A DNA stretch of 64,000 nucleotides. Origin: Spirochaetales bacterium (GTDB lineage Bacteria > Spirochaetota > Spirochaetia > DSM-27196 > SLST01). Each line of letters starts with the position of its first letter. The stretch's first letter is position 1. Shown here in pieces: positions 33,961 to 42,227 of the stretch. Below the pieces are notes generated by a model, which searched no databases, was not told the DNA's origin, and saw nothing but the letters and a program-made list of their open reading frames with translations. Location: assembly GCA_007127335.1 (NCBI GenBank), contig SKZO01000010.1:35370-99369 (forward strand), read 5' to 3'. The position numbers and the translations under genes were made by a program.

Positions 33961-36531
33961 GTGGACGTGATAAGGGATCTGCTGGAGGCGGTACCGCGGC
34001 ACGCGCTTGTTGCCGCCGCCGGTGTGGCGGTCATTGTCGTTCTCATTGGACTCGCGCTCCTGCGCAGGCGCCGCTTCATGAGCAGGGTTGACGAGTTCCT
34101 CGCGATCCCCGGCAGCCGCGATGCCGCCGACTACTTCTCCGATGCGGAGCTGCTGCGCCGCTCGCGCACACTTGAACGGCGCATCGAGGCAGGTGACGAA
34201 GAGCTGGTCCATTCGCTCGAGCTCGACCGGCTCTGGACCGAAAGGCTGGCTCGCAAGGAACGACCGGCGGACTTCCGTCGCGTCCTGCGCTACGGAACCT
34301 CCCGGGGGCTGTTTTCCTGCTTCCTCGTCGCGTTGCGCAATCGCAGACTCGCCCGAACGCTTCGCGCCTACCTCGAAGAGCACCCGGACTTCCTGGTGCT
34401 TCGCAGGCTCGCCCTGTCGGGACGGGGTGAGGCGTTCGACGGCCGCAAGGCTCGGGACTTCTTCGAGGACAGGATCGACGAGATACGCGAGATGACCGGC
34501 GACCCGGAGTGGCCAAGCCGCTATTTCTCCACCAAGATCCTGCTTCACGACTCGACCGACCGCAGTGACCGGGCGCTGCGCGATGCCTTTGGCGACCCGC
34601 ATCCACTGGTCCGTCGTACTGTGATCACCGAGTACCGCGGGTCGAACCGGGACGATCTCTACCGGACCCTGCTTGATGCATTTCTCCACGACCCGGTTCA
34701 CGAAGTCCGTGCGGCGGCCCGTGAGCGGATACGGCGCGACTTCAGTGATCTCTACGAGCTTGACCCCAGAGCGCTCACGCCGGAGGAGGCGCTCCACGTG
34801 GTCGGCCTGCTCGATCCGGGCCATCCCGATGACGTGAACGCCGCGCTCGAGCTCCTTGCCGGGTCCAATCGCGAGCTGTGTCTCGCCGCGGCACGGTTCC
34901 TCACCCGAAGCGCGACACTGCGACGCCTCTTCATGAACGTGACATTCGCCGACCGCACCGATCTCGATCGGGTGCGCGGCCTGCTGCGAAAGGCCATCGA
35001 CGTGCATGTCGTCGACTTTCTCAGCGGGGTCAGCGCAGACCCCCGGCCGCCGACGCTCCTGCTCGGCGCCGAGCTCCTCGCCGAACACGGCCCGCAGGAG
35101 TACATCGTCGAGGTCGCCGAACGCGTATTTCGCCTTCAGCCGGAGGCGACCGAACACCACCGGGAGATCTTCCGTGCTACGGTCCATTGTATCGGCGCGA
35201 GAGGCGCAGAGGACGCCCATCGTCTGCTCGCCAGGGAGATCGCCCGCCGACGCGACGAACCGGACCTGCTTGCCGTCGCACTCGAGGGGGTCTCCAGTGG
35301 CCACGACTCGATCTACCGGGACACGCTCATCCAGGCTCTGCAGGACGAGAGGTTTCCGGCGCGCGCGCAGCTGCGCGCGGCATTGCTCAAGCTCGACACA
35401 CCGCTGGTGCTCGCGACCTGCATCGACATCATCACCACTGGACGCGATCGATTTGCCCATCAGGTGAGAATCGACGCGGTGCTCGCACTCGGTGCCCTCA
35501 AACTGCCCTATACACTGCAGGACATCCTCGAACACCTGCCCGTCCTTCCCGTGGAGGAGGCGCAATCCTTCACCCGCACCCTCGATGAGTTCGACTCGAG
35601 TGAGCTCGAGCGAAAGGTCCGCATTCTGTTGGAGGGTGTCGACGGCAGCATACGAGCGGCCGTCATTGCGGCATTACCGGCCACCGGGAAGAAGACCTTC
35701 CTCGCAGAGATCAAGCAGGCGCTCAGCGATGCCGATCCCGACGTCCGAATCGCCGCCACCTGGGCGCTGGTAGACTACGAAGAGACCAGGGCGGTCAACC
35801 AGGCCGCGAGCATGTTGCGCGATCCGGTTGAGCGCGTGCGACGCAGCGTCGCACGCGCGCTCGCCGTCGGGGGGGGGCCGAGTACTGTAGATGCGCTCGG
35901 CAGGACGCTCACCGACGAAAACGAGACGGATGGAGTGAAGGCGGCGGCCATCGAGGGGCTTGGCGCCTGCCCCCACCAGAGCTCCGTTGACGTGCTCGTG
36001 GACCATCTCGCAGAGGAGAGCGGGCTCTCCGGCGCGGTTGAGACCGCTCTCGCCCGGAAGACGGACGCCGCCTCGGTCACACGCCTCGTGGAACGGTTCA
36101 GGGACGCAGACCCGGCGCTGCGTGAGCGGATCTCAGGCGTTTTCCGGATGATGGGCGAATCGGGAGAGCAGGTGATTCGGGAGGTGCTCGAGGAGGAGAT
36201 CTCGGGGCTTCACCGTTCTCTCGCGGAAATACTCGAGCAGACCGGGTACGTGGAGTCGAGAGTCCGCATGCTGAATCACCGCGACCCGCGAGTCCGTCGC
36301 GACGCCGCCGGGCTCCTGGCGCTCGTGGGCAGCGAGGCAGCATTTCGCGGCATCGTTCTCGCAGCCAGAGATCCCGACGACGAGGTCCGCGTCCAGGTGA
36401 TCAAGGCTCTCGAGCGGCTTGCCACGGACGACGGGAAGGAGATTCTCCACACGCTCGAGAACGATCCTGACCGACGTGTCCGGAGATACACGCACTGGGC
36501 GCTGGAGCGGCTGACGGCCAAATCGCTGTAG
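33961..36531 (+). CDS. membrane-anchored HEAT-repeat (PBS-lyase-type) protein
   Basis: GTG 33961 lies 4 nt after GGAGGA and 9 nt after the cyclase stop. One N-terminal TM helix (ALVAAAGVAVIVVLIGLALL) is present. There are many DP..VR..AA.AL-type repeats, for example DPDVRIAATWAL, DPVERVRRSVARAL, DPRVRRDAAGLL and DPDDEVRVQVIKAL. Confidence 0.8.
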   Translation: MDVIRDLLEAVPRHALVAAAGVAVIVVLIGLALLRRRRFMSRVDEFLAIPGSRDAADYFSDAELLRRSRTLERRIEAGDEELVHSLELDRLWTERLARKERPADFRRVLRYGTSRGLFSCFLVALRNRRLARTLRAYLEEHPDFLVLRRLALSGRGEAFDGRKARDFFEDRIDEIREMTGDPEWPSRYFSTKILLHDSTDRSDRALRDAFGDPHPLVRRTVITEYRGSNRDDLYRTLLDAFLHDPVHEVRAAARERIRRDFSDLYELDPRALTPEEALHVVGLLDPGHPDDVNAALELLAGSNRELCLAAARFLTRSATLRRLFMNVTFADRTDLDRVRGLLRKAIDVHVVDFLSGVSADPRPPTLLLGAELLAEHGPQEYIVEVAERVFRLQPEATEHHREIFRATVHCIGARGAEDAHRLLAREIARRRDEPDLLAVALEGVSSGHDSIYRDTLIQALQDERFPARAQLRAALLKLDTPLVLATCIDIITTGRDRFAHQVRIDAVLALGALKLPYTLQDILEHLPVLPVEEAQSFTRTLDEFDSSELERKVRILLEGVDGSIRAAVIAALPATGKKTFLAEIKQALSDADPDVRIAATWALVDYEETRAVNQAASMLRDPVERVRRSVARALAVGGGPSTVDALGRTLTDENETDGVKAAAIEGLGACPHQSSVDVLVDHLAEESGLSGAVETALARKTDAASVTRLVERFRDADPALRERISGVFRMMGESGEQVIREVLEEEISGLHRSLAEILEQTGYVESRVRMLNHRDPRVRRDAAGLLALVGSEAAFRGIVLAARDPDDEVRVQVIKALERLATDDGKEILHTLENDPDRRVRRYTHWALERLTAKSL

Positions 36532-36573
36532 GATGACACCGACCGGTTCTGTTGAGTATGTTCACCAGTAGCT

Positions 36574-36894
36574 ATGGGTGAACCCGTAACACCGCCGGGA
36601 AGCGATCCTCAGGTCAAAGAACGGCCGCAGACCAAGGTCAAGCCTCCCCCGATGTACCGCGTGGTGCTCGTGAACGACGACTACACACCGCGGGAGTTCG
36701 TCGTCTATGTCCTCGTGTCCGTGTTTCGCAAGGACCAGAGCTCAGCGCGGCGCATCATGGTCACCGCCCACCAGGGCGGGCGATCTCTCGTAGGCGTCTA
36801 CACGTACGATGTAGCCAGCTCACGTGTGGACCGGGCGCGAAGGCTTGCGACCGAGGCCGGGTATCCGCTGATGCTCTACACCGAAGAAGCATAG
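36574..36894 (+). CDS. clpS: ATP-dependent Clp protease adaptor ClpS
   Basis: The canonical core is PPMYRVVLVNDDYTPREFVV.VL..VF.....A..IM...H..G....GVYT.DVA, and the size is about 106 aa. Confidence 0.9.
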   Translation: MGEPVTPPGSDPQVKERPQTKVKPPPMYRVVLVNDDYTPREFVVYVLVSVFRKDQSSARRIMVTAHQGGRSLVGVYTYDVASSRVDRARRLATEAGYPLMLYTEEA

Positions 36895-36911
36895 CTGCCG
36901 GGCCATATCCG

Positions 36912-39089
36912 ATGGACAGCCAGGTACACCGCCACTATAGTAGCCGCGTGATTCGTCGATTCGTGCTGTTCCTCCTCCCGCTGATGCTGATTGCGCCCCG
37001 CTATCTGCATTCGGACTCGGTGACGATCCTTTTTGACGCGAGCTACAGCCTCTCGCTCCAGAGCGATGGACGCACGCGGATCGACCGGCTGCGAGATGAG
37101 CTCGACCGTTGGATGTCCGAACAACCTCTGTCCACGCGGTACGCGCTGCTCGTCGCCGAGCACCAGGCGGTCGTACGGCAGCTGTTACCCTACCCTGCCA
37201 CCTCGCGTCAGGTCTCTCTGGCGCTGCGGGAGGTCGCGCCGTGGGGTTCGGTGGACCTCTTCCGCGTGACAGAGCAGGCGGCGAGAACCGCTTCCTCCAT
37301 TGCTCTCGCCAACGACGAGGCGCATGCGACGCTGCTTCTGCTCACCGACGGCGAGGACATCGGGGCGCTCATGCCCCCACGTCCGGTGCGGCTTCCGGAG
37401 AACGTGGAACTCAAGGCGATCGTCCTTCCGTCAACCAGTCCAGCCTCCGTGCTCCCCCTGCTCGATGCGCTCACCGAACAGCACACACTGACCGGCCCGG
37501 ATCCGGAGGCCGTTCCCATGCCCGAACCCTCCATCATCCGGACGGAGCAGCCGCCGCAACGGAGCGAGCACGCCGCTCTGGTACGTTGGGCACGCGTGGC
37601 CCGGTGGGTTTTCGCCACGACGTTCCTGCTGGGGCTGACCGCCGTGGCCAGGGCCGCCGGCATCCATCGTCGCCGTGTAGCGATCGCCGAGCGGCACAAC
37701 AACCGCCCACCGATCCTCCAACTCGAGATACGCCGGTCCTCCGGTCGTGAGACCGTTCGCGTTGAGGACTACCCCCGTGCGCTCGACGTGGACGGCGGTG
37801 CAGCGCCGCTCGAGTTCACAGAGCGCGAGGGCGCTATCGTCGTCTCGAGCCGTGACGCGATCAGAATCAACGGGATGCGACGAATCGATCATCTGATCGA
37901 TTCGGGCGACCAGATCCGTTGCGGAACGACGCGCGTCGCCGTCCGCGACATCGCGCGGACGAAACCGGTTCGTGTTCCTCGATCCCGGCACGGGAGGTAC
38001 GGGGTCGTCCCCGCGGCAGCCGCTGCCGTCGCGATCCTGTCGTTCATCGTGGCGCCGCCTTCAGAGTCGACGGTCACCGCGTCCGCGACCGCCGTACCGG
38101 CTCCCTCCGCAGAATCCCGACGATCGGAACCGGAGACGACGCAGGTCCGCCGTCCGCCGGTGAGTACGGTTACGCCGTCCGGTCCGACGCCGACCCTCCC
38201 GACGCTCACGCTGCCCGCGACCGTCCGGCCCGCCGATCCTTTGCCACAGGCGCGGGTCGACTACCTCGCGATTCACGCGCACCCGGACGATGAGGCGCTG
38301 TACTTTGGCGCGCTGCTTGCGCGGCTTCACGCCCGCGGGCTTACCGGTGCAGTGGTCATCCTGACCGACGGCGAATCAGGCCTGGACCAGCATCCCTGGA
38401 GAGATATCGACGACACGTACCCCAACCACCGCCTTGCCGGGACCGACCTGGCGAACGTGCGCATCGCCGAGGCCCGGGAGGCGATCGGATGGCTTGGCGG
38501 TTCGTTCTACCTGCGCTTGGGTCTGCCCAATCATCCGTACAATACGTGGCTTGACGAGTTGTCTCCATTGGAGGTGATCGAGCGATGGGGCGGCGAGGAT
38601 CATCTGGTTTCGCGGATCGAGAAGATTATCAGGCATTTCCAGCCGAGCGTTATCATCGGCCCCGACGGCCCGGGGCCTGCGCTTGAACACTTCGAGCATC
38701 AGGCGACCGGCATCCTCGTCGCACGCGCGGTCGACCGGGTCTACATATCTCCGGACAACCCCGTAGAGGCGCATATCGTTGCTATCGACCCGAGGCAGCC
38801 GTCCGGCTACGACGACCTCATCTCGATCTCACCATGGACGATCGCCCGGGACGGAACCGCTCCCCGGCTTCGCCAGTTCCTCGCGCTTCGCGCGCACCGC
38901 ACTCAGCGGGACGCCACGGTAATCGGGTTGGAAACACGGCTGGCGCTGCCGTACGACTACGTGCTGGTGCGCAGAGGAGATCGGGACATTGTTCGCCGAC
39001 TCTTCGGGCCCGCAGTCGCCAACGGCTCGGCAGACGCCGTACCGCCTGACCTTGCAGTGCCGCACGAAGATTTGACCGGACACCGGTAG
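36912..39089 (+). CDS. multidomain membrane protein: VWA (MIDAS) domain - TM - FHA-like domain - TM - Pro/Thr/Ser linker - PIG-L/LmbE-family deacetylase domain
   Basis: The MIDAS motif DASYS is at 37035..37049, with LLLLTDGED downstream. TM helices are WVFATTFLLGLTAVA and VVPAAAAAVAILSFIV. An FHA-like tail reads IRINGMRRID..IDSGDQIRCGTTRV. The PIG-L motifs are AHPDDE (38280..38294) and EHFEH. Confidence 0.75.
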   Translation: MDSQVHRHYSSRVIRRFVLFLLPLMLIAPRYLHSDSVTILFDASYSLSLQSDGRTRIDRLRDELDRWMSEQPLSTRYALLVAEHQAVVRQLLPYPATSRQVSLALREVAPWGSVDLFRVTEQAARTASSIALANDEAHATLLLLTDGEDIGALMPPRPVRLPENVELKAIVLPSTSPASVLPLLDALTEQHTLTGPDPEAVPMPEPSIIRTEQPPQRSEHAALVRWARVARWVFATTFLLGLTAVARAAGIHRRRVAIAERHNNRPPILQLEIRRSSGRETVRVEDYPRALDVDGGAAPLEFTEREGAIVVSSRDAIRINGMRRIDHLIDSGDQIRCGTTRVAVRDIARTKPVRVPRSRHGRYGVVPAAAAAVAILSFIVAPPSESTVTASATAVPAPSAESRRSEPETTQVRRPPVSTVTPSGPTPTLPTLTLPATVRPADPLPQARVDYLAIHAHPDDEALYFGALLARLHARGLTGAVVILTDGESGLDQHPWRDIDDTYPNHRLAGTDLANVRIAEAREAIGWLGGSFYLRLGLPNHPYNTWLDELSPLEVIERWGGEDHLVSRIEKIIRHFQPSVIIGPDGPGPALEHFEHQATGILVARAVDRVYISPDNPVEAHIVAIDPRQPSGYDDLISISPWTIARDGTAPRLRQFLALRAHRTQRDATVIGLETRLALPYDYVLVRRGDRDIVRRLFGPAVANGSADAVPPDLAVPHEDLTGHR

Positions 39090-39117
39090 CTTCGTACCCT
39101 CTCCAGGGGAGGAACCC

Positions 39118-40434
39118 GTGAGTGTATCGCGAGAGGCCGTGTTGGCCGCGCTTTCGAGTATCATCGATCCGGATCTTGATCAGGACATAGTGACTCTCGG
39201 CTTCGTGAAGGAGCTCGACATCGCGGACGAACGTGTCACGCTCGAACTCGAGCTCACGACCCCCGCCTGTCCTGTTCGGGACGAGTTTCGTGAGCAGGCG
39301 ATCTCCCGCATCTCCGCGCTCGCAGGAGTCCGATCGGTCGAGGTGACCCTCTCGAGCCGCAGATCCAGGCGTGCGCCGCGAACAGAACGGAGCGGCCTCG
39401 AACAGGTCGACACGCTCGTCGCAATTGCCTCCGGCAAGGGCGGCGTGGGGAAATCGACGGTGGCGGCGGCCGTCGCGACGGAGCTCGCCCGCCGGGGGTA
39501 CCGCGTCGGCCTGCTGGACCTCGACATCTTCGGTCCCTCGGTCCCTACGCTGTTCGAGCACCACGACGTCGGGCTCATTGGCGATGACGAGGACATGGTC
39601 CTGCCGCTCGAGTTCGAGGGGCTGAAGGTGATGTCGTTCGGATTCTGGCTTGGCGACGTTCCCGCGGTCATGCGCGGGCCAATGGTGACGAACTATGTCC
39701 AGCAGTTTCTCCACCAGGTCAACTGGGGCGAGCTCGACTACCTCTTTCTCGACTTCCCACCGGGCACCGGCGACGTGCAGATCACCATCACCCAGAGCGC
39801 ACAACTCGACGGAGCGGTGATCATCACGACACCGCACGTGCTGTCCGCGGCCGACGTCGGCAAGGCGATCCGGATGTTCGACAAGGTCTCTGTTCCCACG
39901 CTCGGCGTGGTCGAGAACATGAGCTACTTCGACGCGCCGGACACCGGTGCGAGGTACAATGTGTTTGGGACCGGAGCTGGTGAGCGAATAGGGTCCCGCT
40001 ACGGGCTTCCCGTTCTCGGACGGCTGCCCATCTCGCCCGATGAGTATGGCGGACCGATTGTCGACAGCCCGCGGACCGATGCAGTTGCGGCGACCGTGGA
40101 TGCGATGGTCCGGCAGATCGGCCGGTCGCGAGCCGGACAGAGCACGCCGGAGTTCAGTTTTGATGAGAGTGGCATCACGCTGCGCTGGGCGAACGGCGAT
40201 GAGGCTCGTGTCGCCTCCAGGACGCTTCGAGCCGCCTGTCAGTGCGCGCTCTGCGTTGATGAGTATACCAATGAGCCGAAGCTCGATCCGAAGACGCTTT
40301 TTGAGACGATCCACGCCAGGAGCGTGGACACGGTTGGGAACTACGCGCTCAGTATCGAGTGGAGCGACGGACACACGACCGGCTTCTTCCCCTACGAACA
40401 GATCAGAAAGCTCGCCGCGAGAGACACACGGTAA
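39118..40434 (+). CDS. Mrp/NBP35-family P-loop ATPase with N-terminal DUF59 and C-terminal DUF971 domains (HCF101-type Fe-S cluster carrier)
   Basis: It has a DUF59-like N-terminus (VLAALSSIIDPDLDQDIVTLGFV), the deviant Walker A ASGKGGVGKST, and a DUF971-like C-terminus (CQCALCVDE...YALSIEWSDGH.TGFFPYEQIR). Confidence 0.9.
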   Translation: MSVSREAVLAALSSIIDPDLDQDIVTLGFVKELDIADERVTLELELTTPACPVRDEFREQAISRISALAGVRSVEVTLSSRRSRRAPRTERSGLEQVDTLVAIASGKGGVGKSTVAAAVATELARRGYRVGLLDLDIFGPSVPTLFEHHDVGLIGDDEDMVLPLEFEGLKVMSFGFWLGDVPAVMRGPMVTNYVQQFLHQVNWGELDYLFLDFPPGTGDVQITITQSAQLDGAVIITTPHVLSAADVGKAIRMFDKVSVPTLGVVENMSYFDAPDTGARYNVFGTGAGERIGSRYGLPVLGRLPISPDEYGGPIVDSPRTDAVAATVDAMVRQIGRSRAGQSTPEFSFDESGITLRWANGDEARVASRTLRAACQCALCVDEYTNEPKLDPKTLFETIHARSVDTVGNYALSIEWSDGHTTGFFPYEQIRKLAARDTR

Positions 40435-40460
40435 CCGGCAGCCGACCCTGGAGCCGACTC

Positions 40461-42227
40461 TCAGGAGAGCGTCAGAAGCGTCTCAGCATACGCCGGCATT
40501 GCGAGGATGACCGCCAGAGCCCGCCACGACCAGACGAGAAGGTTGCGAGTCTGCGGGACGTGGACGGTACTCCTTCTGTGATGCACGGCCACGGCATAGG
40601 CCGCGATGAAGCCCAGTGCCCGCAGCGCGATCGCGGGATGTGGGCCGCCCCATGCCAGCCAGGGGTCGCCGGCCAGTGCCGCTGCGATACCCATGACCAG
40701 GGCAAGGACGCCAAGGTAGCGTTCGCGGACGAGCGCCGGTGCGTACCGGAACAGGAGCGAGGAGACGACCGCAAGGAGCGCGAGAAGCGGGGCGTTCGCG
40801 ATGATCGACCAGTAGAGGGCGAGAACCAGTGCGAGCGGCACCGCGAAGACGACGGCCGCGACGGTCTCTCCGCGGCTGCCGTGCCACGGCACCCCAACGG
40901 CACGCAGGAACGAGGGAGATGCATCCTGGTAGGCGGCCTGCCACATATCCCGATCCGGATCGTGTTGGAGCCATATCGCCCCCCCTGCATCCGCATCGAG
41001 ATGCGGGCTGACGATGCGCCTTGGAGAATCGATCATCACCGCCGGGCCACGAGGGTCCGCGGTCTCGTCAAGGAGAACTGCGTAGTAGGTGGAACGAACG
41101 GCCGAGCCCGGCGCCTCGCGCAGGAACGCCACAACCGGCGTTCCGTCGGATCGAGCGAACTGGAATGAGCTGTCGATCACGCCCGGGATCTCGGCATCCA
41201 CTCCGACGACTCGCGGCGTGCGGTCGCCGGCCGCCTCGACATCGAAGACGACCACCGACGGCTCAACATGGTAAGGACTCAGCGCCGACTGTTGTCTCGT
41301 GATCCGTGATCCGGTGACCATGATCGACTGTCCGTCGTGCGCCACCGCGATCGACCGCCGACCCTCATAGGTCACCCGAGCGCCGGGAAACCCGGCGCGG
41401 GGCGACGCGCCCGGGCCGAACGGCTCGGCGAACCCGAACGGTGCGGCACCCACCTCTACGAGCTCGGCACCGGGTTGCGGCCGCGTGATCACACCGGCGC
41501 GAATAACCGCCTCACGTCCCGGAGGAAACTCCTTCCAGCCGGCGATCAACCGGTCATGAAACGCGTCATAGACGAACGCCGGCACGGCGACACTCGCCTG
41601 CGCCCGCAGAAGCTCCCACCGGTGCGATGGGACGATCCGCCCTTCCTGACGTTCGAGAACGTCCGCCACCAGACGGTCAGCCGACGCCCGCACCAGCCAG
41701 GACTCCCCGCCCGTCTCGACGATGTCCCAGTCGGCCTCTCGGACAAACCCGGCCACATCAACCGCCCCTGTCGCTGCCGCCGGGTCAAACCCGTCGGTCA
41801 GGAGCGACTCGAGGGCGAAGAACAGGATCCGGTGCGCCTCAGGGGTACCGGACGAGTATACGGTCACCGCAACCGTGAGCTCCTCACCCACTGTACGTAC
41901 GAGAGCTTTGCCAAGGCGGTAGTCTCCCTGCACGACGTCGAGCCTTTCAGATCGCAGTCCCTCTCCGTCGTGCACGAGATAGGACGCCGCCCAACGGCTG
42001 CGCCCGGCCTCCCGCACGAGGGTGACGGCGATCGCGTGCCGCTCGTTACCGGTCGCGTACCAGTGCGTCCCGGTCGCGTCGCCCGGGAAAAACGAAGAGA
42101 AGCCGGTCCACGATCGCAGTTCCGGGAGACCGGTGTGAGGGTCGGCCGCAAGCGGGACGGATGCGATGAAGGCATACGCCAGGAGAACCGCGATCGTCGG
42201 CCAGGCGGTTCGGAACGCCCGTCTCAT
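40461..42227 (-). CDS. hypothetical protein: signal peptide, ~430-aa periplasmic domain, C-terminal 4-5 TM helices
   Basis: The start is refined to ATG 42227, with GGGAGG 4 nt upstream and an ATGA overlap with the permease stop. The N-terminus is MRRAFRTAWPTIAVLLAYAFIASVPLAA. The upstream 345 codons of track ORF 40461..43262 overlap the permease gene in another frame and are rejected. Confidence 0.6.
   Translation of the reverse strand: MRRAFRTAWPTIAVLLAYAFIASVPLAADPHTGLPELRSWTGFSSFFPGDATGTHWYATGNERHAIAVTLVREAGRSRWAASYLVHDGEGLRSERLDVVQGDYRLGKALVRTVGEELTVAVTVYSSGTPEAHRILFFALESLLTDGFDPAAATGAVDVAGFVREADWDIVETGGESWLVRASADRLVADVLERQEGRIVPSHRWELLRAQASVAVPAFVYDAFHDRLIAGWKEFPPGREAVIRAGVITRPQPGAELVEVGAAPFGFAEPFGPGASPRAGFPGARVTYEGRRSIAVAHDGQSIMVTGSRITRQQSALSPYHVEPSVVVFDVEAAGDRTPRVVGVDAEIPGVIDSSFQFARSDGTPVVAFLREAPGSAVRSTYYAVLLDETADPRGPAVMIDSPRRIVSPHLDADAGGAIWLQHDPDRDMWQAAYQDASPSFLRAVGVPWHGSRGETVAAVVFAVPLALVLALYWSIIANAPLLALLAVVSSLLFRYAPALVRERYLGVLALVMGIAAALAGDPWLAWGGPHPAIALRALGFIAAYAVAVHHRRSTVHVPQTRNLLVWSWRALAVILAMPAYAETLLTLS

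Noticed and set aside
33061-35565. An 834-aa minus-strand ORF.
   Set aside because: It is antisense to the adenylate cyclase and HEAT-repeat genes, whose plus-strand translations carry clear cyclase catalytic motifs and HEAT repeats. The minus-strand translation has no recognisable domain.
36557-36584. The inverted repeat TTCACC-N10-GGTGAA spanning the clpS start codon, considered as a translational control hairpin.
   Set aside because: It has only a 6-bp stem with a 10-nt loop and marginal stability. It cannot be distinguished from chance without conservation data.
38818-40374. A 518-aa minus-strand ORF.
   Set aside because: It is antisense to the Mrp/HCF101-type gene and the end of the VWA/PIG-L gene. 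The plus frames carry the P-loop, DUF59, DUF971 and PIG-L motifs.
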